From: a virus
Taxonomy: Duplodnaviria > Caudoviricetes
DNA: 64,000 nucleotides
Strand: one strand, 5' to 3'
Virus record (IMG/VR): IMGVR_UViG_3300023047_000002
Position 1 is the first letter of the stretch. The number at the start of each line of letters is the position of its first letter. Made by a program: the position numbers and the translations under genes. The notes under the pieces are model-generated. The model was not told where the DNA came from, did not search any database, and was given only the letters and a program-made list of their open reading frames with translations. Positions 37,796 to 48,632 of the stretch are shown piece after piece.

Positions 37796-40700
37796 TTAGA
37801 TTATGGTCATCGTGGTCGGATTGATTCTTTCTGGATAAATAAGAGAGGGTTCGGTTTCGTAGGGTCTGAAACTGGCATTTTTATAACAAGGTTCATACAT
37901 AGTAGTAGAGTCGGTGATACCTAAGTTCAGAGTTTTAGTGAATGTCATGTATTTTATCTTGTTAAGTCTCACAGTTTCAGGTGACAACTTAATACCTGCT
38001 GTCAACTCAATAATTGGCCCAATTTCTATTGTAACAATAGTACTCTTGTAATAATCACGCAAACACTTGTGAATCACTTTAAGTGCATCGTTGTCCGAAT
38101 CTTGTGGAGGTTGAATGATACTTGGAACATCCAACTCTTCAGAACCTTCAGAAGAAATATACACATTTATAACACCATCCATCGCTTTCAGAACGATCAA
38201 CCCTTCCGGGTTCTTTGGGTACAACGTTACTGGCTCTTCAGATGGTATAGATAAGCTGTCTGGTGTGATCTTATATACATAACCTCCACTAATTGTAATT
38301 GGCTCGTCTTCTTGGATTATACGTGCCATCATGTAATGGATTTCTGTGTCGTCTATAAGATTGGTATTTTCCAGTGATTCAAAAGCCCCGGTAAGACCTG
38401 TCAAATCCTTGTTAAGGCTCAGGAACTTGTCATTCACAGGATTGTAAATTCCGAACTCAAGTATATCTACTTTCCACTCACCCATTTCCATGAAAGATTT
38501 AAATGTTTGTTCTTTATTAGGTAAGAACCCAGGTATTGGACTTGCTCCATGTTTCTTTCTGAACTTTATAGCACTGTAAGCAAAGTTTCCGATAGTCCTG
38601 TAATATGGGATACCTAGAATAGAATTTGTGATTTCATTACTTTTGCTTTCAATGTTAATGGTATAGATGTAACCATGTTTAGGATACAGATCAAAAGACT
38701 TACGTGGAAGCACTAATGACCCATCACTCAATTCAAGCATCTTAGCAAATTGGGATGAAGGATAAATTGTTATCCTTTCGCCGATGAGTGTTATTTTGTC
38801 TGAAGGGATCTGACAATAACTTTTATTTGAATCACTCACGCTTCTTACACTGTCAGAAATTTTCTGCATTAAGACCACGCCTTTTGAGTATTCATTTTCA
38901 TCAAAAACTCCAACATCGGTAGGAAGTAGAGACATCATGCGGTACGTGCCTTTCTGTAACAACTTGTCACTGTGTCTGGAATACCAGTTGTTTTCCTCAG
39001 CATTGTAGCGTGCCATCCTGAATGGCAGACAACCCGACCATGTCCAGTTACTTACTACTACACTTTCGTTTACATCTACTTCAAGAGATTGTGTAATATA
39101 AAGCGTATCATCAATTATACGTATAATTTCGTTTGAAAACTGTCTGTGTGGATTTGCAAGCACAATCCCACCAACAGGAACTTCTACAATGTGCGATTTG
39201 TCTTTCATCAACGAAGATATACCGCATAAATATTCCGGACAGTCTATGGTGTTCGCAACCAAGTGATTTGTCTGGACTTCTCCAAGACCATTGAAGTTCA
39301 CGACCGTAGATGATGGATTTGACGGACTTACAGTCACAACCCCCTGAGAACCGACAATTTTCAATCCACCGTCATCAAGAGCCTCTTCTACATAGCATAA
39401 TCCAGTCGTGATTACTCTTACAATACCAAACGCTCTGTCCGCAAAGCCCAGACTTATCCAATTGAGAGAGTTCGCCATTACAGAAAATCTAAACTGGTTT
39501 GTTGTGACATTATTTCCTGATAGCTGTACGTTTGGAGATGTGTTCGCGTATGGGAAAATTAAAGCATCCAGGCCTGAAAGTTGAAGGTCAAGATTGCGTG
39601 GAGAGGTCTGGATGTACGTGCTAAACTTATCAAGAAAAGGAATCATAAGCAGTAAAAGTGCGAGGTATAAGAAACTCGGTTCGCTTACAAGCTGTTTAAA
39701 AATTTCAAGCACACTGCGAAATGCTTCGATGTAAATACCCTCCTGTAACAGAGATACGATTTTTCCTGTAGGGTCATACTCTCCTAATGCTGTGACAATT
39801 TCTTCGTACTCTTGCTTGATAATCATCGCATCGTAAATAGAAGTGTCCAGTCCTGACACATGACCATGACGTTTAAGAAGGTCATCAAGATACACATCAA
39901 GAAGCTCACCACTAAACGGTGCGATAATCTCATAGAGTTTCTGTAAGGATTTTCCATCGGAACCTGCAAACCATCCTTCAATGATGTCAAACACTTGTTG
40001 ATTCACTGTCGGAGTGAACACACCTTCCCACGGATATGTGCGATCGAGGCATTTTGAATAGTCACCGTACCCGTCAATATAATCCATCAAATAGTCACGT
40101 CTGTACTTAGACACATTGATGTTTTTTGCAGCGTACACATCAAAAGGTAACAGTTCAGACAGTGTTTTGCCCATCCCCGTCCCTAAACGAGATATTACAG
40201 AAAACACAATGACTCTTAGGTATTCATAAACACAGGTTCGTTTTATTGAACTGTTTATGGGAAAACTTAAGAACGTAAGTTTGTTTAGACGGATAATCAG
40301 ATCATCGAGTGTTTGGCTTGCATATTGTGATGTACACCATTCATACAGTTCTGTAAGGTTCTTATCACCTGTGCTGTTAATGACGTCGTAAACCGGCATG
40401 ACATCAGGAACAATGTTTAACAGACTGTCCGGAATCGAATTTTCAGTCATAAGTCTGTAGATACGGCTTGCGTATGTCGTACCGTTAGTTATTGCCTGGT
40501 TATGATCGTCATTTTCACTTATTGTCCTGTTTTCAAGTAACATCATCAGAAGTAACTTGCTTCCGAAAGGAAGTGATCTTACGGGAACTCGGTGTGGAGA
40601 ACTCGTGATGTCTCGTGCATTCAACTGTATTCCATCCGTTTTTGAAGCACCCATGTTAATGTAAAAGTTCTTATTGCCTAGGGATGCAGAAGTTTCCCAC

Positions 40701-41194
40701 CCTTCAGTACCACGTAAAGAAGAGAATAAAAGACCTGCATTGGCCTTGCTCATCATAACCTTTTCACCAAGACCGCTAAAGGTTTGTGTTGCAACGCCAA
40801 GCCCTGAGTAAGACTCACGACCTTCAGTCTGTTCAGGGTCTTCTGTCACAAGACGATTTTTTGCAAACAAACTCATCACAGGGAACTTTCCGCTGTCAGT
40901 GTACACATTACTGTCGCGATCTGTTTCCTGCTGTGTTCTCATATACCCTGAGTAAAATGGGTCTCTGTCAACCATCTGAATGGTGTCGTTAAAGCGTTTG
41001 TGACCACGAACAAGTTGGTTGTCTCCAATGTTTTTATCGTCTTTTGAATGAATCGTTATACGACGTTCCAACTCAAGGTCTATTGGGTTTGTGTCGAACC
41101 CCTGTGTTCTGTCTCCGTTCTGTTTCGGTCGAATTAAGCTATTCTCTCTGTATCGGAGGCGTTTTGCAAAAAAGTTCTTCCCTCTCTTAGCCAT
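37796..41194 (-). CDS. Large virion/baseplate protein with an internal VPxGG domain
   Basis: 1132 aa; EVPVGGIVLANP..GTYRMMS..LMQKI matches the fibre C-terminal domain. Confidence 0.55.
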   Translation of the reverse strand: MAKRGKNFFAKRLRYRENSLIRPKQNGDRTQGFDTNPIDLELERRITIHSKDDKNIGDNQLVRGHKRFNDTIQMVDRDPFYSGYMRTQQETDRDSNVYTDSGKFPVMSLFAKNRLVTEDPEQTEGRESYSGLGVATQTFSGLGEKVMMSKANAGLLFSSLRGTEGWETSASLGNKNFYINMGASKTDGIQLNARDITSSPHRVPVRSLPFGSKLLLMMLLENRTISENDDHNQAITNGTTYASRIYRLMTENSIPDSLLNIVPDVMPVYDVINSTGDKNLTELYEWCTSQYASQTLDDLIIRLNKLTFLSFPINSSIKRTCVYEYLRVIVFSVISRLGTGMGKTLSELLPFDVYAAKNINVSKYRRDYLMDYIDGYGDYSKCLDRTYPWEGVFTPTVNQQVFDIIEGWFAGSDGKSLQKLYEIIAPFSGELLDVYLDDLLKRHGHVSGLDTSIYDAMIIKQEYEEIVTALGEYDPTGKIVSLLQEGIYIEAFRSVLEIFKQLVSEPSFLYLALLLLMIPFLDKFSTYIQTSPRNLDLQLSGLDALIFPYANTSPNVQLSGNNVTTNQFRFSVMANSLNWISLGFADRAFGIVRVITTGLCYVEEALDDGGLKIVGSQGVVTVSPSNPSSTVVNFNGLGEVQTNHLVANTIDCPEYLCGISSLMKDKSHIVEVPVGGIVLANPHRQFSNEIIRIIDDTLYITQSLEVDVNESVVVSNWTWSGCLPFRMARYNAEENNWYSRHSDKLLQKGTYRMMSLLPTDVGVFDENEYSKGVVLMQKISDSVRSVSDSNKSYCQIPSDKITLIGERITIYPSSQFAKMLELSDGSLVLPRKSFDLYPKHGYIYTINIESKSNEITNSILGIPYYRTIGNFAYSAIKFRKKHGASPIPGFLPNKEQTFKSFMEMGEWKVDILEFGIYNPVNDKFLSLNKDLTGLTGAFESLENTNLIDDTEIHYMMARIIQEDEPITISGGYVYKITPDSLSIPSEEPVTLYPKNPEGLIVLKAMDGVINVYISSEGSEELDVPSIIQPPQDSDNDALKVIHKCLRDYYKSTIVTIEIGPIIELTAGIKLSPETVRLNKIKYMTFTKTLNLGITDSTTMYEPCYKNASFRPYETEPSLIYPERINPTTMTII

Positions 41195-41359
41195 TGTGTC
41201 TTCTCCTGTTTACTGTTCGCTAAGCCCTTTAAGTCGCCTACTCCACAAATGTTTCGGCTTTATGATTGATAGGCTGTTAAGTATCAAATACGAAGCAATT
41301 AAGCCGTTTGAAAGGTGAACGGCATTCACAATGACGACTGTATTTTGCCGGAGACTTTT

Positions 41360-41899
41360 ATGCTTGACCCTTACATCGCAACAATCATAATTATCGCAAT
41401 TATATTTCTTTTTGCATTTGTTCTTCCGATGCTAGATTCCATTAAATTCTTCAACAACTCAATATCGACAAGATGGAGTATCGTTGTCCTTTATATGGCA
41501 TTGGGTATTGGATGCGTTGTTGATTTTGAGGGTCTGTCTGAAGATACGAGACATTTTGTTCTGCTTGGGTGTTTCGTCATTTCTATTCTTTATGTCGTGT
41601 TCATTTCTATTGAAAAGTGGTTCTCAAACAGATGGATTGGGAAGTTTGGTGTCACATTGCAGCATGGAAAAACCAAAGTCCATGCAGGAATTGGTTCTGA
41701 TTCAGATGAAGCACTTAAAAAAGAATCTGTAATTAAAGGGTTGTTTAAAGGGAAATCACACAAGAATAAAAATGATGAACCGATGGAAGAACAAACAGAT
41801 GAAGACGTAATGGACGAAGCATCTTCATCTGACGAAGACCTTCAAGTTGAGGAAGAAATTTCCAACGGCGAAGATGGCAGTGAAGTTAAAGACGTTTAA
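41360..41899 (+). CDS. Three-TM membrane protein with charged tail (holin candidate)
   Basis: Three hydrophobic segments followed by a basic then acidic tail; GGAG RBS. Confidence 0.45.
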   Translation: MLDPYIATIIIIAIIFLFAFVLPMLDSIKFFNNSISTRWSIVVLYMALGIGCVVDFEGLSEDTRHFVLLGCFVISILYVVFISIEKWFSNRWIGKFGVTLQHGKTKVHAGIGSDSDEALKKESVIKGLFKGKSHKNKNDEPMEEQTDEDVMDEASSSDEDLQVEEEISNGEDGSEVKDV

Positions 41900-41956
41900 C
41901 GTCAATACATAGTCAGGAAAGTGCACGACCTGTCTCTAACATATAGGAGCATTCGT

Positions 41957-44677
41957 ATGATCATACACAGCATCGTAAACGGTAAGCATAAACATGTGCG
42001 TAAGACTCTTGAAGCCAAAAGGTCAACAAAACTTTTGAAAAAGAAAGCTCACCTGTTGTTCCCGACTGACAACCTGCCAAATTTTATCTCGTTATCCGGT
42101 TCAGCAAATGTTGCTGATACCGCATTACAGATCGATTACAGTCATGGAAAGAAAACAAAAGGTGTAGGTGCTCTTCAAGAACTGAAGTCTTTTTTGAAGA
42201 CGATTCCATCAAACACTTTTAAGGCATTTCTCGACCACATTTCTAAATTTTCTGGATCACGTGCATGGGACGAAATCATCTATATTCTGAGCGATATTCG
42301 AGATGGCAACCCTTCACCTGATGGAATCAGCAGTAATGATTGGCAATCCATCAGTTCTGCTCTGTCGCCGAATGTAGATGGTTTGATCGCTATTCTTCAA
42401 AATCTTGAGTCTTTCAGTTCAGAGCTTCCTCTACCGAAACTTCTTGATGATCTGTATAACGACAAAGAAAGCCAAAAGGATGCACAAGGAAATGAAATCG
42501 GTATCATCAGTAAGATGAAAGGGATGATTGATTCCAGTGGCTCTGCACTAGCAAATACCTTGCAGAATGATATGGCAACTCTTCGGGAACCCCAATTGAA
42601 TGATGACCTTAAATTGTTCTGGTCTGCGTTTTCTGCGAACGACAAACGATATCCTGATGGAACTAACGTAGAACAGCTCGAAGGGTTTAAAAATAGACGT
42701 TACAGAATCATATGTGCTTTACCCGGCGGTATCGTTCTGGAACACATGAAAGGTGCGATAAATAATATCGCAGATATGCTCATAACGTCTGTTGATTTGG
42801 ACAGCTCGTTGCAAAGAAAAGTCATCAGTGCAATCAATCGTTTCATTGCACAAGATTTCCAATGCAACAACTGCACGGAAGACACTCATGCTCTTGCGTA
42901 TATCATTCAGGCTGTCGGTCATAACGATTCAAAGTACGATGAGGCTGACAGGATTACTGATGCAAATGACATGTTTGTGGTTGGTCGTGAATGCATTGGT
43001 TCCCTTATTACGGATGCAGACCACTTCGCCGGATTTGAGGGTGAGCAAAGCGGTGATGTTATTTTCTCAAGTAAACAGGCTATGGATGCAGTGTCACAGG
43101 CCCTTGAAGCGTTTTATGTCGCATACAATAACGTCAAGAATGCAATCATGGCAGACGAAAAGCGTTCAGAAAAAGATGCTCCAAAGGCTGTTGGATGCAT
43201 CGTAGATAACGGAGACACGTTGGAGCTTCGTTATTGCGGCAGACCTATGATTCCTAAGACGAAAGCCGATGGAAAACCTGAACAGGAAGTTGATTCGACT
43301 GATTACCATCCTGTTAGCTTTGTTATCCCAAAAGGCGGAAGTTCCAAGTCGTTCTTACGAATGGCAAAAAAGATGACCAATGCTTTAAGCACACAGTTCC
43401 CTGAACAGTTCAGATACACAGAAACACTTGAAGACTTTAATGAACTTATTGTCGCGAATATTCGTCTTTATGGAAATTCTACCGAAGGAATTAACATTGA
43501 AGATGAACGAATCCAGAAAGAACTTAAACATTTTTCTGGATTTGCTCAGGAAGCAAAAGAGAAAATTCTCGGTGTTATGCACGAAGCTCTTGATGTCACT
43601 GAGTTTACTGCATCGTATAATCGGGAAGATGACGTTACGTCTGCATACGTTATCATGTCAGACATTAACGATACTGTAACTAGAAGTAACCAAGGTACAG
43701 GGTTTGTCATTGATTTCTCAACAGAGAGCAAGAAAAGTGGCGAAGTGAAAATGGTCATTGCAACTCCGTCAGGAGACACACGCGGTGTTTGGGAGAAAGC
43801 AATAGTTCCTTGTCACACGAAGTGTGAAGCAGAGGATGAAGAAGGAAAAACTGTTGAGTATGAAGCCGACTACGACCTTCATGTTGCTTGGTATGGTGGG
43901 AACAGAAAAGATAACAAGCAGTCAGAAGTTGTGTCTGCAAAGGGAAATACCGTTCTTCGTTGCTTAATGGCAGGAGCTGTCAAGAGTGCAGAAGACGGTG
44001 AAAATGCACTTCCTCAAGACCTGAAAACCTTAGTGCTTCAGAAACGTAATGAACTCAATGCTTCTCTCGAAAGAACAGAATACGTGATTGACATTGATGA
44101 TAAAGAGTCCATCTTGTCTGCACTGAACTCTGTTAAAGCCGCACTGTCTTTGTGGAGTGACTTTATTAACGATGCGATTAAAGTATGTTACGAAAATCTG
44201 GCGGGTCTTGCAGAGTACTTAAAGATTTCAAGCAAAGGTGAAATTCGTCGTTTCGTTCGCTTTACTGAGTTCGACAAGACAATGCACGCTCCAAGTCCAA
44301 ATGACCGTATACAGGATTACGCAGCCGGTAAAGAGCAGACTCCGTATCAGCGTTTCCAGACCTCTAAAGGAAAGACAAATTATTCAGCGTCTACAGCTAC
44401 AGGTCTTTACTATGACCAAATTGCATCCATGCTTGGTACTAAAGGTATGAAAGAGATGCTCGGTGGTAAATCTTCTCGTGATTCTTTTGCTGAATTTATC
44501 AAAGCAAACAAATTGAGAACTCCTGAAGCTGCACGTGATATGATGCTCAACGTCCCGTCGTTCTCTGACTTGGTTCCGAGTGACCAGGACGCTCTCGTCT
44601 CTTTGATTGCACAAGCATACCCTGCTATTGCAGAAGGTAGAAATCCTTTGTTGCATATCGACCGAAAGTACAACTAA
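41957..44677 (+). CDS. Large hypothetical protein, possibly an internal head protein
   Basis: 906 aa from AGGAG RBS; basic N-terminus ..KTLEA. Confidence 0.6.
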   Translation: MIIHSIVNGKHKHVRKTLEAKRSTKLLKKKAHLLFPTDNLPNFISLSGSANVADTALQIDYSHGKKTKGVGALQELKSFLKTIPSNTFKAFLDHISKFSGSRAWDEIIYILSDIRDGNPSPDGISSNDWQSISSALSPNVDGLIAILQNLESFSSELPLPKLLDDLYNDKESQKDAQGNEIGIISKMKGMIDSSGSALANTLQNDMATLREPQLNDDLKLFWSAFSANDKRYPDGTNVEQLEGFKNRRYRIICALPGGIVLEHMKGAINNIADMLITSVDLDSSLQRKVISAINRFIAQDFQCNNCTEDTHALAYIIQAVGHNDSKYDEADRITDANDMFVVGRECIGSLITDADHFAGFEGEQSGDVIFSSKQAMDAVSQALEAFYVAYNNVKNAIMADEKRSEKDAPKAVGCIVDNGDTLELRYCGRPMIPKTKADGKPEQEVDSTDYHPVSFVIPKGGSSKSFLRMAKKMTNALSTQFPEQFRYTETLEDFNELIVANIRLYGNSTEGINIEDERIQKELKHFSGFAQEAKEKILGVMHEALDVTEFTASYNREDDVTSAYVIMSDINDTVTRSNQGTGFVIDFSTESKKSGEVKMVIATPSGDTRGVWEKAIVPCHTKCEAEDEEGKTVEYEADYDLHVAWYGGNRKDNKQSEVVSAKGNTVLRCLMAGAVKSAEDGENALPQDLKTLVLQKRNELNASLERTEYVIDIDDKESILSALNSVKAALSLWSDFINDAIKVCYENLAGLAEYLKISSKGEIRRFVRFTEFDKTMHAPSPNDRIQDYAAGKEQTPYQRFQTSKGKTNYSASTATGLYYDQIASMLGTKGMKEMLGGKSSRDSFAEFIKANKLRTPEAARDMMLNVPSFSDLVPSDQDALVSLIAQAYPAIAEGRNPLLHIDRKYN

Positions 44678-44796
44678 CATAACATCTATGTCTGAATACA
44701 GACAGCTTTTGGCTTCATGAAATTCTCATCTATCGAATTGTGTTAGGGGATTTTGTGGAGCCTTTTTTATATGTTCACATCACATGAGGTTTTATT

Positions 44797-46947
44797 ATGG
44801 CGCAGTTACGTCTTGTTACAAACAAAGGGTTGCAGATGCTCGGCGAGGCAACAGGTGAAGATGTCATCATCTTCGCACGGGCGTATCTGTCAGAAGAAAC
44901 ATTTACAGAAGAACAAATCTACGCTATGACTGTGGCATCAGGTGAACAGTCAACAGAACGTGTGTCTGCGAACTTTGTAAATGACAAATATATCGTCACG
45001 GCAATATTTGACAATCCGAGTCAAACAGCCAGGTCTGTTATTCTGTGCGGTCGTTTACAGACACAGGATGAAGACGTTGTGGTTCCTATTACTGTATACA
45101 CGTCAGATTATCCGTTAGGTCTTTCAGGAACTGAGTCTACTATTACGTTTACATTGAATTTCTCTTCAAATGGAGAAATCGAGACAGACGATGACGAACC
45201 TATGTCTCGCGGTGAAATGATTGCATACATCAATCAGTTATTCCGTGATACCGCAATGAGTGGCGGTGACTTGGTTGTGACAACAAACGGACAGCAGATT
45301 GTCAATGGTCCGAAGACTTTTACCTCTACTGTTAAAGTCCATAAACTGAAAGCTATCAATGATGACGAGCAAGGTATTGGATTTGATGGAAGGCAAACGA
45401 TTCTGTCAAGCGGACAGGATGCTTGTTTTGGTATGCAGTCTAAAATAACGATGGAACCTGATACTATTGACCTTGATGGTGAGCAGGTTTTGATTTCTTT
45501 AAATGGACAAAAACGCTCACTTCAAACTTTGTTAAACGGTATCCAGGATTCTAACAGTGAATCCATCGGTTCTTTGCGTCATGCCATTTATCATCTTGTA
45601 GATATTCAAGATGAAACCGTAGGAACAGCTTATCAGACACTTCATCTCGTAAACCAGACAGAGTTCTGTGGCGATATGTCGATGGACGGAACTTGTTTCC
45701 TTCGTGTTGGCAGTTATCTGTATGGCATCGTGTGTATTGGAACTGCAGATGTTTCAGAATGCACCCAACGTGCTAGGACTTTCGGAAGACCTACATTTCG
45801 TGTAAACTTTGTACAGCATGGCGAGAATGCTGATGGGACATCTTTAAGAAAATCGGTTGACGCTAAATTTGCATGGTATGACAATAAACAGGCATTACTT
45901 GGTAACCTCTCGACACCTGATGCATTGCCGTGTTTTTCACAAGGTTCAAGATGCGCTTGTTTGTCGCTTATTCCTTTAGGAAATGCGATGCCGAACTCAT
46001 CAGCTGAATATGAAGTTTCTGTCACGAACTGTATTGCAGGTGATGGTAACGGAGCTGACGAAGGGAACTTGAATAATATCATAGCACCATTACGCACAGA
46101 CATAGACAACAATATGCTGCGTGTAACACGTCTGCAGGACCGTTTCGTTACTGTTGAAACAGAACTGTCTGACATTCAAGAACGCATTCAGTCTAACACA
46201 GATCGTATCACTGCATTGGAACGCAACGGTGGTCAGGGAGGAAGCGGAACACCTGATACGGTGATTCGGGACATCAATGCTCGTATCGACACTAATGTTG
46301 CAAGATTAAACGAACTCAGTGACAGAGTAACGCAGTTACAGGACAGTATTGTTATTGATCCCTCAAGCGGTCAAGGTGTAGTAAACCCAGACCAACAGAT
46401 AATACGTAATATTCAAAATAGTCTACGCACTGTACAGAACGACCTTGTAGATTTGCAAGCAAGTTATGATGAAACCACTTTGTGGGGGACAAATACGTTT
46501 GCTGTCTTACTCTGTGCAAAAGAAAATGACGGAAGTGTCTCTCATAATTGGGTTTACACGAACGGTAAGCGGACGATTTCAACTGAGTTTACTCCACGTG
46601 TTGACTTCGAGAATGCTCAAGTATCAGGTGCGGGTGTAAAACTCAAGCTGACGTACCCGTTCGGAATACTTCGTGTCGGAAGCAAGAATGTTCAGCTAAA
46701 GAATATGCCACTTGCATTGTGCATTGAGTACGAGATAACTAAGGGTGACCGTGTCATCGAATGTCACTCTGTTTTCAATTTGACAGCGACCAACAGCCCA
46801 ACGGTTGTATTCGATTCCGTTTTGCAACCTCTCATTGACAGACAATGGGATGTAGCATGTGTTCGTTTCATGGAAGCACACTTGCCTTATACGGGACGTG
46901 ATAGCGGAAGTGTTGGTTACGTTGTGGATTATGAGGGATTCGCGTAA
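44797..46947 (+). CDS. Tail fibre / collar protein with coiled coil
   Basis: LVTNKGLQML N-terminus, Q.VNGPKTF fibre motif, heptad repeats. Confidence 0.6.
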   Translation: MAQLRLVTNKGLQMLGEATGEDVIIFARAYLSEETFTEEQIYAMTVASGEQSTERVSANFVNDKYIVTAIFDNPSQTARSVILCGRLQTQDEDVVVPITVYTSDYPLGLSGTESTITFTLNFSSNGEIETDDDEPMSRGEMIAYINQLFRDTAMSGGDLVVTTNGQQIVNGPKTFTSTVKVHKLKAINDDEQGIGFDGRQTILSSGQDACFGMQSKITMEPDTIDLDGEQVLISLNGQKRSLQTLLNGIQDSNSESIGSLRHAIYHLVDIQDETVGTAYQTLHLVNQTEFCGDMSMDGTCFLRVGSYLYGIVCIGTADVSECTQRARTFGRPTFRVNFVQHGENADGTSLRKSVDAKFAWYDNKQALLGNLSTPDALPCFSQGSRCACLSLIPLGNAMPNSSAEYEVSVTNCIAGDGNGADEGNLNNIIAPLRTDIDNNMLRVTRLQDRFVTVETELSDIQERIQSNTDRITALERNGGQGGSGTPDTVIRDINARIDTNVARLNELSDRVTQLQDSIVIDPSSGQGVVNPDQQIIRNIQNSLRTVQNDLVDLQASYDETTLWGTNTFAVLLCAKENDGSVSHNWVYTNGKRTISTEFTPRVDFENAQVSGAGVKLKLTYPFGILRVGSKNVQLKNMPLALCIEYEITKGDRVIECHSVFNLTATNSPTVVFDSVLQPLIDRQWDVACVRFMEAHLPYTGRDSGSVGYVVDYEGFA

Positions 46948-47109
46948 TATATGGATGAGGTGTACCAAAGTTATACGACTTTGCGTACACCGTTATTGCT
47001 CCTTGAACATATTGAATACTTTGTTACTTTAGTTTTCACCAAAAACCGAGCCAACCCATTTAGAGATTGGTAGTTTAACTCATTGCATAACGTATCCATG
47101 AGGTTCACC

Positions 47110-47685
47110 ATGCTGATAAAACGAAACAAACCACGAAAACAGGAATCCGTCAAACGTATGCGCCAACGACGTATAAGATTGGAACGTATCTTAGCAAAGT
47201 CTGCAAGCGACCTTTTTCTGGCCGTCGTTTACAACCTTATCACAAAAGGTTTGGATGTTCACGAGGTCGATGAAAACCATGTCACGATACCTGTCACGTT
47301 CAATGGTAAAGAGATATCTGATATTCTTATCAACAGAAGATGTCTGAGTACGTATGACATGCAGAATTGTCATGTCGATGTCCTTTATTATGACTACGCA
47401 GAACTTATCTTGGAGTATGATGAACTTTATGATGCCATGGATGATGGATGTAAGGATGTTCCGTCTATCGTGGATTGGACGGAAGAAAATCTCTCACATG
47501 AAATAATGTCAAACGGTTATGACTTGAGAACTGAACGTGACGTGACCAGTATGGTACTTGACATTAAAAACCTCGTTCTTCAAATCCAGACAGGTTTTAT
47601 GGAAATCAACGAAGCCCTAGAAGACTATAAATGGAGAAGTTCGAAACACGAAAAACGAATGCGTGTACGTCGAAGCCTACGATAG
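47110..47685 (+). CDS. Hypothetical protein with MLIK N-terminus
   Basis: GAGGT RBS; MLIKRNKPRKQES; paralogue of the 26931 ORF. Confidence 0.65.
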   Translation: MLIKRNKPRKQESVKRMRQRRIRLERILAKSASDLFLAVVYNLITKGLDVHEVDENHVTIPVTFNGKEISDILINRRCLSTYDMQNCHVDVLYYDYAELILEYDELYDAMDDGCKDVPSIVDWTEENLSHEIMSNGYDLRTERDVTSMVLDIKNLVLQIQTGFMEINEALEDYKWRSSKHEKRMRVRRSLR

Positions 47686-47692
47686 GCATAAG

Positions 47693-47745
47693 GTCAACTA
47701 CCCATCGGTGAACTACCCACTGCCTTTAGGCAGTGGGTAGTTCAC
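47693..47745. mobile_element. Symmetric palindrome of IS200/IS605-type right ends
   Basis: GTGAACTACCCACTGCCT-tt-AGGCAGTGGGTAGTTCAC preceded by a partial GTCAACTACCCA; between convergent genes. Confidence 0.7.
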
Positions 47746-47798
47746 TGAATAATCTTCTACGATAATTCTAATACCAATCAAGTCGTTAAATACCGTCA

Positions 47799-48419
47799 TC
47801 AAACATCCCTTTGCATATTCACTTTAATGGTTTCGATTTCATGGACTTCTTTTTCGTCCATCATAGAAATTTCTGTGTCCTGTATTTTTAAGGAACGCTC
47901 TCTGTCGTATGACTTGATTCGTTTAACGAAGTCCTTAACTTTCATTGCAAGTCCGTAGGCTTCAGGACGAACAGAACGAACCTTGCGAAAGTCTGCATTA
48001 GGGTAGCCTGTCACACGTTTTAAATTTGTTCCACCTGCGTTGTAAGCAGCAACAACCCAATCCATAGTATGAAACCGGTTAATCAAGGATTTGAGATATT
48101 TGGCAGCCCCTCGTGTTGATTGCTTTAAATCATTGGGGTCTTCAACACCGTAATTACGTGCTGTTGCATCCATTAACTGCCAAGCACCTTTAGCTCCACG
48201 GTTGGAAATATTGTCTAAGTCACACCCGCTCTCGGCGAGAAGCAACGCGAAATATTCCTTTGGGACACCCTCTTCAACCAATATGCTCTCGACTGTTTCT
48301 CTGTAAGGTTCACAGCGTTCCATGTAGGTGTCAAAGGAATCTGCGATAACATCTTTTGGGCAGCAGAAAACGAAAAACGTAAAAGCAAAACCAACGATTA
48401 TCTGTAAGCGTTTAAACAT
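47799..48419 (-). CDS. Lytic transglycosylase (SLT domain) with N-terminal signal/anchor; endolysin candidate
   Basis: AESG, SNRGAKGAWQLM, AAYNAG. Confidence 0.88.
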   Translation of the reverse strand: MFKRLQIIVGFAFTFFVFCCPKDVIADSFDTYMERCEPYRETVESILVEEGVPKEYFALLLAESGCDLDNISNRGAKGAWQLMDATARNYGVEDPNDLKQSTRGAAKYLKSLINRFHTMDWVVAAYNAGGTNLKRVTGYPNADFRKVRSVRPEAYGLAMKVKDFVKRIKSYDRERSLKIQDTEISMMDEKEVHEIETIKVNMQRDV

Positions 48420-48632
48420 AAGAATCTCCGTCATAAATGCGTGTGACCACTTAGGACACCTCAAGCACGGAAATGTCCATAAGCCATAAAAGACATTTTG
48501 GCAAATTATTGTGGTTCACAGATCACGGTCACACGAAAGCGCATAGATGACAGTCTTACAAACCGTCTATCATCTATGCGCCCCCATTCATCGCCTGTTC
48601 ATGGCGTATGTCTTTATTTGTTAAGTCCAAGT

